Positions 49,272 to 64,000 of a DNA stretch of 64,000 nucleotides are shown here, piece by piece. The notes beneath the pieces were generated by a model. That model was not told where the DNA came from. It saw nothing but the letters and a program-made list of their open reading frames with translations, and ran no database searches. The DNA is from Hormiphora californensis (Eukaryota > Animalia > Ctenophora), in the NCBI GenBank assembly GCA_020137815.1, contig CM035356.1:1550001-1614000 (forward strand). The letters are read 5' to 3'. Within the stretch, counting starts at the first letter, position 1. Each line of letters starts with the position of its first letter. A program made the translations under genes and the position numbers.

Positions 49272-52200
49272 ACTCCCTATCTGATCCCTACATTTTCTCT
49301 ATCAATTTTCCTGTCTATCTTTTTCCGTGACAGTCTGATTGTCAAGTGAGTTTGGGGTCGGGAAGAGTTAGGTTGAGCCATTTTTGATGGTTTCCAGATA
49401 ATATGGCGTTTCTCAAGCGTGCCTTTCGTTCAATGGAATTGATTGACTTGCTCAGGACTCAGGTCCTCTTTTCCGCACAATTTTAATGGGGTAACCGTAA
49501 AAGTTGTTGAGTAAGGGGTGAGAGACCACCCCTTACTCAATAAGGTAAAAGTTTTAGCAATGCAACTCCCAATTCTGTTTATAAAAAGAAAGAAGCTTGA
49601 AATAGAGATTCTTAGTTTTCAGTCCTTTTCTCTTAGTTAGAGATCGGTTTGGAGAGCTATAGAGAGGATCCAGACAGCAAACTAGCCGAGAAGAAAGAAT
49701 CTCAATGCTGCTCTTCCTTTTGTATCATTGTACTTTTAGAAACTGTTGTTTGCTACTACTATATATAATACTATACCCAGTATAGATCAGTATGTACTGC
49801 AAACCTGTCAGAGCATTGGCCTGACCCTCATTCTCAGTTCTTCAAATATCGCGAGAAATGTGGTCAGAGCATTGGCCTGACATCTGAAAACCGGGAGGTC
49901 AGGTGGAAGCAGTTCGGAATAGCATGCAGAGTGAACATGACTTGTAATGCAGAGTGAACATTTCACATCCATCTAAAGATGAGAGTTGAGTAGAAAGATA
50001 CAACATTTTATAGTAGCTCTGTACTGATGCAGGATGGTTTCGAAACATGTTGGATTGTTGCAGGAGAGAGAAATAGATCTAGCACCACCCTTTGTCTGGT
50101 TCAATAGGAGCTGTTTCTAGGGGTGAGGTGTTGTCGCTGGGAGGCCGCAATGTGCGTCATTCCTTTGGGCACGTTGCGCTATCCCCTGTACGTAGCGCTG
50201 CCAAGTCATTCCTTCTCAGGTCCCCCCTATTTAGGCAGTATCCCACGCACTCCGCCCCTCGTCAACTATTTTTACCAGCTTGTCCGTGATTTATCGAGGT
50301 CGAAACTGTTATGTTTGTTTTGATCTTTATTTTTCCTCTCTTTGTATCTTGGTAACGAAATTACCCCGCCCAGGCTGCAACGTGGTAGTAGGGCATGCTT
50401 TGACGTGCCTGCAGGGTAGGGGTTACTTCCCCTTCCATCTCTGTATCATCATGTTTCTCGCTGTCACTCCCTCAAAACTTTGAAAACAAGTTGTGGTTGG
50501 ATTTGCTAATGATTTTAAATCACGTTTCCCTTTTAGTAGAGTCGATAACTACATCGACCTCTCCCAATTGTTCCAGTTTTTGTCACATCTGTTTGGAGCC
50601 TCGACACGACCTCTAAACAGGTGTTACTTTTCACAAACTGTTTTCATCTTGGTGTAATCAGCAGTTTGAAATGTTTTGTTGATCATAACAAAACCTAACT
50701 TTTTTTTTTCAACTTGGGGAAAACCAGGGTGTAAAAATTTAGCTCAGGTTCCCTGAGAAACCATGGGGAACTCTAAAGATATTTCAAGGGGGTTTTCCTT
50801 AAATCATAATCCGGGGGAGAAAAATTTTTGAGTTGGACGTACGTGAATTCCAAAACCTAATTTTAAATTTAAAACGTTAATGTGCGCTTCCTCTTTTCTC
50901 CCCCTTTTAAAAAGTTATCTCCGCCGGCGAAACCGCCCGTGGGTTTTTTCCAGAGAGAGTGGAGACATACAAAAACATGTAAAAAAGCCTGCCACGCTCC
51001 GTACTCCGATTGATTTTTTTCTCCACCGGGATTAATGATTAGGGAGAACGGTTTTAAAAATATCTTTGGGGCCCGGAGGGTTATCGGGGACCTAGAGCAA
51101 ACTTTTGACACCCAGGTTTTTCCCCCAAATTGAAAAAAAAATATTGGTTTTTTTTTGATAAACAACATTTCAACGCTGTTTAAAACCCCAAGAAAAAAAC
51201 AGTTTGTGAAAAAGTAACCCTGTTTAAGGTGTGTCAGGGCCAAAACAATGTGCAAAAACTGGAAAAAAGGGGGAGAGGTCATGGTTCGACCAAAAATTTT
51301 TCCTCTACGTTAAAAAAAAGGGGGGGAAGAAAAAATGGGAGGGTAGGGGGTAAAAAGGGGGGGGGAAAGATCGGGGGGGTTTTTTGGGTGGTTTTATTGG
51401 TTTACGTCTCCCCTTCCCCCTTGAATTGGATGCCTTGAAAACCCCCGAGCTCCTATATTTCAGGCTCCAAAACAATTTTTTAATCCAGGTGCAGTCCCTT
51501 TCACTCCCAAACTCCTCTAAGATTTTTTTACATCATCCTCTTCTTGGTTTTACAAATAACTCTGCTCTCGCTTCTCTCATTATTTTCTATTGATTGTCTC
51601 ATCAGTATCACCGTGATATCATTTTTGTTTCCTGGAGAGGAAAAGAAGTCTAGCTGGCAAACTCTCTTGACGCTTCAATAAATCTTCTTCCATGCCAAAA
51701 TTAAATCATGGTAGGCCTGCAAGGGAGCTGCAGAAAATTGGATCCGAATCAGCATGCAGTTTGTGCAAAATCCTAAATTTAATTTCCTCTCATCTAGCCA
51801 ATAATCTTTGCTTGTTCAAAAGTACAAAACCTATCTTTGCCCAACTTTTTCTCTGCATTCTATGACATTTTCGTGTTAGCTGTGCTACTTTCCCCCAAAA
51901 CAACTGATATGCTACCAGATCGTCTCTGCAGCATTGTGTGGCTCACACTGCATTTCAGAAAATGACACAGATCGCTCTGTAAAGGGTTTTCGGCGATCAT
52001 AATTGATGGTGTTGACTGCTTATTTGGTTTTTTCATGTCCTCCCCAAATAATCTCGTATCGCGGCAGTGCCGTCAAAACAAGCGTGTGAGTGAGAGTGTG
52101 TGAGTGAGAGAAAGCAGAACACAACCGTTAATTTGTTCTTTAATTTTAGCTTTCTGACCTCACCTTTTCTCTCTCTCTCTCTCTCTACCTTCCTCTTCTC

Positions 52201-54946
52201 AGTTCTCGCATCCTTTCTCTCTCCTAACTATTTACTGGGATATTTTTGACAGCAGAGCCCGACATTTTCTCTCTCTGCCACATGCACTCACTACTACACT
52301 GAACATATATTCTGTTACAACTATTATCTTGCGAGTCTTTTGCTAATTATTCTTTTTACCATGCATTTGAACAGCTTATACCCCGCTTATACAACAGCCT
52401 ATGAATGATAGTTTAGGGAAAATGGGCCTGGTGTTGTGGGGATGGTTAGAAATAAAGTTTACCCAGCCGTTTTATCTAAAACTAACCAATTCCCTCCTTT
52501 TCCCATTAAATAGGGACAAACTAATGAAGGAGAGGAGAATGAGATCGAGTGAGAAGGAGCAGAAGACCAGTCAAAAGAGGTCTGTGTCACCTCTTGCTCA
52601 GCGCTCAAAACGGAGGATCATAGAAGATAGCGTTGAGCAGGTTAGTTCCCCATTTTCATTGTTTGAAGTTGATATCTTGTGAAGTTGGCCTTCTTGTGGC
52701 GCCTCTCAGGGCGTGTATACTTGTATATTTCACATTGAATATCTTGACCCTCATGGGGGTGCAGACCTCCCTGTGAAATACCACAACTTCTTCTATGTCA
52801 CATCTCATCTCAATGTTAGCCAGGCCATGTGGGTGTAAAAATATCTCGAACAGCTCCTATCCGGGGCCTATTTCCGATGGGGCCTAATATCATTTCACAC
52901 TATATATCGGAAATAGTGCGGTGGTTTAAAATAACCCAGCTAAACAAGTTATGAAATAACTTCACCTGGGTCTGTCATTGTGTTTGCTGAGTGTACCATG
53001 CCAGGCTATCGTGGATGTACTCGAAATGAAGATATCCTAATTCGTCGACTGTCCAGGGTAAATACTGAATAATCAAGGTACAGTCGGACCCCGATTTACC
53101 GGGCCCCGATTTACTGGAACCCCGATTTACCGGGCAAAACCCTTTCCCCCGAGCATCCCGGTAAATCGGGGTCCGACTGTACATCCTAGTTTTGTAATCA
53201 GTTTGGTAAATTTGAAGTTAGTAGCTAGACTAATAGCGTGATCTGATTATTACACCGAGCTGTGTAATCTGTCACGCCCTAAATATATGCATCTCGCCGT
53301 TTACTNNNNNNNNNNNNNNNNNNNNNNNNNNNNNNNNNNNNNNNNNNNNNNNNNNNNNNNNNNNNNNNNNNNNNNNNNNNNNNNNNNNNNNNNNNNNNNN
53401 NNNNNCACCTAACAGTGTGTGCAGCAGTTGTATCAAGTACCACCATCATGTTGTGTTTTTCATTGTTCCCACATTCGCCACTCCCTTGCTATTTTATCAG
53501 ACCCTTTTTGACTGAGAATCCGAGTAGATTGATCACTCATCTATGACTCCAAAAATAATTTTATGAACTCAAGGTTTGGAGTTACTTACTTACTTACAAC
53601 TGCTCACTCGCCTATAGTGCAGATGTTCAAAGCTGAGAAGTTTATTAATGCGAGTGTACACGACTGTGCTAGGTATATTCTTGGAAATAGTGTTATATTC
53701 TGACACTTTTCATTTTCTCTACCACAAAGCCGCCTTTTTCATCTAGGAGTTTTTTCTCCCCGTGCACACGGCAGTTGTTCATTCATTGGTGGGCTAAATT
53801 TACCTTCTTAGCTTTCTTCTCAATATTTTCCCTCCGCTCGCAGAATGATAGTTTAGGGAAAATGGGCCTGGTGTTGTGGGGATGGTTAGAAATAAAGTTT
53901 ACCCAGCCGTTTTATCTAAAACTAACCAATTCCCTCCTTTTCCCATTAAATAGGGACAAACTAATGAAGGAGAGGAGAATGAGATCGAGTGAGAAGGAGC
54001 AGAAGACCAGTCAAAAGAGGTCTGTGTCACCTCTTGCTCAGCGCTCAAAACGGAGGATCATAGAAGATAGCGTTGAGCAGGTTAGTTCCCCATTTTCATT
54101 GTTTGAAGTTGATATCTTGTGAAGTTGGCCTTCTTGTGGCGCCTCTCAGGGCGTGTATACTTGTATATTTCACATTGAATATCTTGACCCTCATGGGGGT
54201 GCAGACCTCCCTGTGAAATACCACAACTTCTTCTATGTCACATCTCATCTCAATGTTAGCCAGGCCATGTGGGTGTAAAAATATCTCGAACAGCTCCTAT
54301 CCGGGGCCTATTTCCGATGGGGCCTAATATCATTTCACACTATATATCGGAAATAGTGCGGTGGTTTAAAATAACCCAGCTAAACAAGTTATGAAATAAC
54401 TTCACCTGGGTCTGTCATTGTGTTTGCTGAGTGTACCATGCCAGGCTATCGTGGATGTACTCGAAATGAAGATATCCTAATTCGTCGACTGTCCAGGGTA
54501 AATACTGAATAATCAAGGTACAGTCGGACCCCGATTTACCGGGCCCCGATTTACTGGAACCCCGATTTACCGGGCAAAACCCTTTCCCCCGAGCATCCCG
54601 GTAAATCGGGGTCCGACTGTACATCCTAGTTTTGTAATCAGTTTGGTAAATTTGAAGTTAGTAGCTAGACTAATAGCGTGATCTGATTATTACACCGAGC
54701 TGTGTAATCTGTCACGCCCTAAATATATGCATCTCGCCGTTTACTGTTTAGTGTACACAACCTTAGACTGAAGTCACTGGGGGGAGGCGAGAAATATAGT
54801 GATATATATTAGGATATCTATCTCACTTTCTTCCTCTCACTTTCTCTCTCTGATTATTAACTCACTTCATCCGTATGAAATATTTGAAGAGTTAATGCAA
54901 GTCTGAGCTTTGATCTTCTTGGCTCCTGTGAGCAATTTAATTGATA

Positions 54947-55034
<88 letters not shown>

Positions 55035-56189
55035 CTCTCTCAATTTCTCCTTCTCTTACATTTCTCATCCCTTCGCTGTCAGATGAAGAAATACCAAGAT
55101 ATTATAAGAGAGATATGATCGTGCGCTTGGTTATAAAATTCTCTCACAATTTACTTGTTCAAATTAATCGTGAGAGAAATTTAAGTTTGAATTGCCAGTA
55201 ATTACTAATTACAGTTGTCTGCACGTCACTCATGACCAATGGCATGCTAGAACTAAGAACGTCCATTTAGTCCATATAGTTCCATATCTCAAATAATGCA
55301 CACCTTTTAGACCGCCTTGATCAAACAAACTGCACTATTAATTGCACAAATTAAACCCTCTCGTTTCCCGACTACCCGCTCTTACCTCATATCTCCTCGA
55401 ATATACCCGCTCTTACCCCCATCTCTTCTCCTCCCAGGTGCTCCGAGACACGATATTCCAGTTGTCAGTAAACAAGTTGCAGTTCTCCAGATGGAAACTG
55501 CACGAACCTCCCCTGTCCAGGACTGTCCTAATTTGGAACATGGTCCGGGTAATCGACAAGGAGATACAACAGGAAAAGGTGAAAATCTAACGAATTGAAA
55601 TCTAACAAATTGAAATATAATTGTCGATCTGCTGTTTTACATTGCATGGAAGGGTTCTGGAAGTACACTTTCTCCCAATAAGAGTCTTACCCTGGCCTTG
55701 TTCTAATGTGGTGCAGTGAGACAGATTCGAACAAGACAAGCCCGCCCCTAACACAGAACCTCCCTCAGGTCGTTGACGATGTGTTATCAATACTGGGTGA
55801 TGAGAGCAATGTAAAGTTCATCAAGGTCTGCAGAACGGACCAGTCAGCCCCTAATTCCCCTACCCCTCCTTCTGAAGAGGATCTAGGGGAGGATGAGGAT
55901 GATGATGACGATGAGGTGGGTGTTCCAGACATTTTCAAATATTTATTTTCATACTTATCTGACATTTCCCCCACATTTCCAAACCCTAATACTATAACAA
56001 CCATCCTGCCATCCTATACCTACCTAGTACCTAACCTCCTCACGCCCACGCCAGGTACTAGAAGAACATCACCACCATGACAAGGATGTAGAGATGGTAT
56101 CGGAACCTGTCAAGATCGTATCAGCGGGTCTGGTGACCAGCACCAACGAGTGGACCACAAATACCGATTCAGCGGCTGTGGCTGTCTAA
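47411..56189 (+). CDS. SERTA-domain transcriptional co-regulator (SERTAD/TRIP-Br family); exons ~47411-47448, 53954-54080 (duplicate 52514-52640), 55438-55578, ~55685/55769-55915, 56055-56189
   Basis: RDTIFQLSVNKL...EPPLSRTVLIWNMVRVIDKEI is the SERTA motif. The phase-2 splice gives MMGINELTKSLLR|DKLMKE. Acidic C-terminal region. Confidence 0.82.
47853..48724. mobile_element. ~870-bp foldback MITE with ~330-bp inverted arms
   Basis: CCGTGTGGGGCAATAAAAATGCCCCCC...GGGGGGCATTTTTATTGCCCCACACGG. The arms match inward to ~48180 and ~48395. Confidence 0.88.
52403..54745 (+). repeat. Apparently identical 903-bp direct duplication (52403-53305 and 53843-54745) flanking the 100-N gap at 53306-53405
   Basis: Offset 1440. 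The first copy stops exactly at the gap. Confidence 0.93.
53081..53179. mobile_element. 99-bp Tc1/mariner-type MITE (TA TSD); copies at 54521-54619 and ~45411-45500, partial copies at ~6178 and ~8853
   Basis: TA|CAGTCGGACCCCGATTTACCGGG...CCCGGTAAATCGGGGTCCGACTG|TA. Confidence 0.9.
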
Positions 56190-57771
56190 TGTGTGACGTC
56201 ACGTGGTATATCACGTGACTAATGTTTAGTCACGTGTGTTGTGAACACTGATATGGTGCGAGTTGTATGTGCTTGAAGCCCGGCCCTGGGGGAGTGAAAG
56301 AGAGATGGGGACTGTGTCGGTACAATACTGTTGATGGGGGTGAGAGATTTACTGTTTATTTTGGAAGATCCGTGTGTGTGTCATGTGCACATATCCCACA
56401 CGAGCTATTTGACATATACCAATAATGCTGGTTCGGTGTTACATCACCAAGTCATACCGATCTGTAAAAAAACATCATCATTATAAACAGCTATAATTTG
56501 GACACTGTTTTTCTTATCTGTTTGTACGTGATTTCTGTTGATTGAATTCTTGGAAAACGTGCGTTTAGAAAAAGGAAAGAAAAAAAGTGTGTTAAATTCC
56601 TCATCTTTATTGTGTTGATCAGTTGGTCCTGATTTTGTAGAGCAGCAAGAGGAAGGTACCACAACCATCTTCCTTTTCATGCTATACGAATATATCACAA
56701 CCCCACTGCTACCGCTGGGATAGAGAGAGAGAGAAAGAGAGAGAGATTTGAGTTTTATTTTCACATGCTGTATCAATGTCATTGTGTGTGTTTGTGTGTG
56801 TATGTGTGGTTCGTTTATATTGACGTGTAATAATCGTGTCTGTGAGAACAGAGGAAAACGCACAAAAATACCAACTGCAGCTTGAAACACACAGATCTAT
56901 ATTAACACCATGTTGTTTTGCTTTATTTATTCCTCAATTTATCGGCATGTTCGCTTCTCCTTAGAACATTATCACATATATTTTTCTCTGTGTGCGTTGT
57001 CTTTTTCAACCTCGTGTGTTTTTGGGTTCGTGGGAGTGTTCGGTAACTCTTATACTCTCATTCAACCCTCCTGGAGTGTGGGTAACTGTTTCGGTTTCAT
57101 GTTACTGATTCGGTTACACTACTCCAAAGCACACTGTGTCGCTGTTTCGCAGTTTTCGTTTAAACGAGAGCTGGAGCTTCTTTTTTTTCGGTGTTGTGTT
57201 TGCCTGTGTATTATTTTGAGTTGTTTTTAAGAAATATGTTATACACGATCTCAAAATATAACTACATGATATATCTCCGTCCTTTAGTTATACACATCAC
57301 TGTATAATTCCCCCTTTTATGTAAATTAATTATTTCGCTTTGAATCTAATCATAGATTCGGATATTTAGTTTTGTATATTCATTTCCCCACCAAAACTAA
57401 TTTGTATCGATTTGTTTCCGGCGGGGGAAGGCGTTATATGATAGCTCTGTCTTTCATAGGATGACCGGTTATACTAAGCAGTAAAATTCACACTCACAGA
57501 CGACAGAAACATTGAACCGAGACGATGGAACGAGAGCTGTCAGAGCATTGGCCTGACAAAACGAGAGCGTATTTTTGTGTCCAGAAACAAAGTAACGATT
57601 GTCTAAGTTGACTTTGACGGAAAAAGAATAAGACAAACATAACACAAGCAGAAATAAACAACAATTATTCGATATTTGTCCCGTTTTACTTTTACGTAGT
57701 CACACACAATTCAGAGAGTTCGAAAAACACAAAACACGCAAACAAAAACACAAAAAAAAAGTAAAATATTC

Positions 57772-60401
<2,630 letters not shown>

Positions 60402-60785
60402 CTACAAGGGAGGGGAGCTGGTTAGTTACTACAGCAAATATACGGTAAGTAGTTATGCATGGAAATACATATAATTAACGAACAAAATGAAATAGTTAGG
60501 AAATAGGAGGTTCTCGAAATGGAATAATTGAAATACTGGACATTTAGAACGGCCAATAGACAAGAAAGTATTTGCTACTGAGCTATACAATGGCTGGACA
60601 CTCATCATCGCAATCAGCTGAGTGAATAATGTCTGTAATTATACTGGCAGCAGAGTTCCTACTTAAATCTAGAGATGATAATTATAGAACTTCTAGGAAC
60701 AAAGAAAGTATATGCTATTCCAAATAACCATCTTCTACCAATTTATCAATTTATCACTCAAACAATAAACATCTACTATTTGTCA

Positions 60786-61231
60786 TTTTTTCCCTGCCCG
60801 GGTGAATGCCGAAGGCATTCACCCGGATGCCTTTTTACTTTGTAAAAAGGCATAGCAGGGTTAGAATTCGAAAACGACATTTTGGTATACTAACTAATCG
60901 GTAGAGGGACATTTTTTGGTCACACTTTCGTTGCGAGGGCAACAGTGTAGCAACAAGAGCCGCGCACACAGTTACGAGCTGCTCCTTCATAAACCACTTC
61001 ATTGGAACGTTTTCAGGAAATGTGTGGCGCGCAATGTGGCGGCGTGGCGCGCAATTTAGTGCTACTAAAACACAAGGATTTGCTCTATACTGTTTGTGTG
61101 ATATATAAATGATCGGGATTTTGTGTCCCGCTTGCTGCTACAGCGGATCTGGTCATGATTTCCTTTCTTCATAGATTCACATGGCAGGGAAATTCAGCAT
61201 TATGTTAGAACATAATGCAATTAATCTTGTT
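60786..61231 (+). mobile_element. Helentron-associated non-autonomous element (HINE/DINE-1-like)
   Basis: T-run then CCCTGC subterminal IR, two perfect hairpins, GCAGGG. The 3' side has GCAGGGAAA, the GCATTATGTT/AACATAATGC stem-loop and a TCTTGTT end. Confidence 0.72.
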
Positions 61232-62907
61232 AAGAAGTTTATATACGAGACTGGATTTAAAAGCGTATGGAAACAAAACTGTTACAAATAAAATAGCAGA
61301 TCGGAGAAAAATGTGTAACGAAAATCGAACGAAAAAGGCACAGAAACTAGTATAGGAGCGAAAGAAACCGACACTATTATAAAAGAGGCTAGGAAATCCT
61401 TTACTCACGCCATCTCACTACTTAAATAGTTATACAGTTGCGTAAGATAAGTCTGTGACGTGGAGACCAACGCACTATACAACTTAAGTGCTAAGTGAAC
61501 TAGAAATAGTATCCTAGTTCTCTCTGAGAATGCTAAAATCAGTCACTATATCTCTCTCCAATGCAACTGTGTCTCTCTTTATCTCCCTGGACCCTGTCTA
61601 TTTCTCTCTTCTTCTCCCTCTCTCTCCTTCTTGAACTCCATTCTCTCTATTCTTTCTCTTCCTCCATTCCCTCCCTCCCTCTCTTCCTCTCCTTACAAAG
61701 CTTTAACCACATCCATCTCTTTATGCATTTTATCGCAGCCTTGACACTAAGTTTCGTAACGTTAGCGGTGGGGATATTTTATATGCTAACGTATAGCATT
61801 ATATCTCTCATTCTCAATCTCCTCTCTCTTATGATGACCCCCTCGTGACATTTAAGATCTGTCCAGAAAGATAAGCCTGTTTAGGAGCGACTAGATTAGT
61901 GACAACAACTAGGATGAAAGTGCGGAATTGCAAGAATAGCTTACAAGCTCCATTTATATATCTTTGTGTATCACTCTCACTATCTATCTCTATTTCTCTC
62001 TCTGTATATGAGGTAAGAAGACCAAACAAAGAACACACTGTGGGAAAGAGCTACCAGATGTTCCAAATAGAGCAGTAATGAAGGGAGACACATGAAAAAG
62101 AGGGGGGCGGTAAAGAGAAAGGATAAACGGGGCAAAGAAGGGCATGTGAGGGAAAAAGATATAGTTAACTGTAAATGAATATTGTGATAGACAATTGTTG
62201 GCAATGGTAACGCCACATGAGACACATAAAAGAAACATAAAGAAGTATCCACACGACACACAGTGTGTAGAGAAAAGGAAAAGAAAGAGAAAACCCACAC
62301 AGAATGTAGAGAAAACAGAACAGTCAACTATATAACAGAATATATTAACAGTAAAGAGTTTTCAGTGCTTTATGAGTCGTTAAAGAGGCGTGTCAATAAA
62401 TTGCTACTCAAAAAGAGCACTTGTTTGAGACATGCAATCTATCTAAGGAAAACAGACAGTGAGTTATGAGACACATGTGTAGACTGTAGAGCAAGGAAGA
62501 GCTAGGATAAGACACCGATCACTGAAAAACTCAGGCAGACAACAACGGAAAGAGAGAGAAGACGAAGCAGAGAAAATGAGTTTGCATGTGTAGTTGTTGA
62601 GAGTGTGTGTCCATGTGTATATATAACTGCAGAAGAATATAATTAGTAATTAGAAGAAGGGCAATAGGATCTGCGTGGAATCTTTTCAATCTGCAGGGAT
62701 GGGGAAGTAGGAGAGAAATCAGAGAAAGATAGAGAAGAGAGGAAAAGAGAGAAAGATAGAGAAGCGATAGAAAACAAGGATGGGGGAGAAAGGCACACGT
62801 GCAGGGTTTCTACGCAATGCAGCTGGTGGAAATATTGCCGAAGTATTTAGGCAATATGGGAGAAAGAGAGGAAGACAGACAGGCAGGAGGAGAGAGTGAG
62901 AGAGAGA

Positions 62908-62996
<89 letters not shown>

Positions 62997-63291
62997 AAAG
63001 AGAAACATAGGGAGAGATATAGAGAGGGAGATAGAGGAGGATAGAGGGATATGAGAGAAGCGTGTCACTAGAGCAACGAGACAAATCACCTGTCAAAAGT
63101 GAAGAATTGTGTGATGCTCAATGTTAGAGGGTTTTTAATTTAAAACGTTGAATCGGTCTGTCGTAGCTTGTTCCCCATATTTTACGTGATTTTAAAACCA
63201 TATGGCACAGTGAGTTACTAAGGAACAATTCAATTCATTAATTCATCAATATGGTCAGCCCTCCTACCAGTTCTCTCTCTCTCTCTCTCCC

Positions 63292-63344
<53 letters not shown>

Positions 63345-63345
63345 G

Positions 63346-63456
<111 letters not shown>

Positions 63457-64000
63457 ATCTCCCACTCTGTCTCTTTCTCTTTCCCACTATCTCTTTATGC
63501 GATCACACTGACATATTTGTCACAAAAGAATGTGTCAGATAAAAAGTTACTGACAATACATTAATCACGACAAAGAGAGGTGATGCTCGCGACAAACTAT
63601 GTCTCTCCTCTCTCTCTGTCTCTCCCTCTCTCTGTCTCCCTCTCCCTCTCTCTGTCTCTCTGTCTCTCTTCGAGTTCAAGGTCATAAAATGAAAGAGTGA
63701 ATTAATCTGTCTCTTTCTACAAGTCAGATTTGTTTAATAAGTCAGTTACCGGGAAGCGGTCTAGATTTTGAGAGCAACAGAAGTTAGAACAAGGTCAATG
63801 ATTTCAGAATTAAGAACCCCGTTTGACTAGTCACTAAATACAACTGTAAAGGCAGGCTACTAACTGGTGATGTCTGACACACACACACAGTGAGGGGGAC
63901 CAGGTGCAATCCAGAGAGGAATGGGAGGGAAAGAGAGATTATAGGTGTAAATGATTGTCGTATATTGGAATCGATCATTTGCATAATCAGGTCCCTTCAC

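Noticed and set aside
50022-50052. Possible hammerhead (CTGATGCA...CGAAACATGTT)
   Set aside because: The CUGANGA core is broken and stem II does not pair. At most a dead Penelope remnant.
50500-51430. Degenerate inverted duplication (about 50540-50830 vs 51010-51290)
   Set aside because: Both copies show homopolymer-type noise. More likely misjoined low-quality reads than a real element.
52403-54745. Duplicated SERTAD exon as mutually exclusive exons
   Set aside because: The copies look identical and the first ends exactly at the N-gap, the signature of an unmerged contig overlap.

Overview
Eukaryotic, intron-rich genomic window with short GT-AG introns, abundant (CT/GA)n microsatellites and one 100-N gap. 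Repeat content and gene style suggest a ctenophore, possibly Pleurobrachia; this is inference from memory, not a database result. In order, it holds the 3' part of a CR1-type LINE, mitochondrial aspartate aminotransferase, and a 27-exon cobalamin-dependent methionine synthase (MTR, 4612-28935). The MTR introns host a same-strand PAN/ricin-like membrane gene, an antisense 5xIg gene with a furin-like site and three freshly triplicated exons, and several DNA transposons. Downstream are a multi-C2H2 gene and four tightly spaced co-oriented genes (INTU-like longin, DUF4535-like microprotein, two C2H2 proteins), then a SERTA-domain gene and an antisense PH+ArfGAP gene. The best signal is a Transib-type element whose ends are perfect RSS heptamers (CACAGTG) with a 5-bp TSD and whose inner motif sits 23 vs 12 bp from the heptamer (12/23-like asymmetry), with an IS3EU-like 1.85-kb palindrome nested inside. 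Also notable: paired hammerhead-ribozyme cores in a Penelope-like inverted repeat, a Helentron/HINE-like element, splice junctions amplified as tandem repeats, and 5' acceptors suggesting SL trans-splicing. All homologies are from motif recognition by eye.
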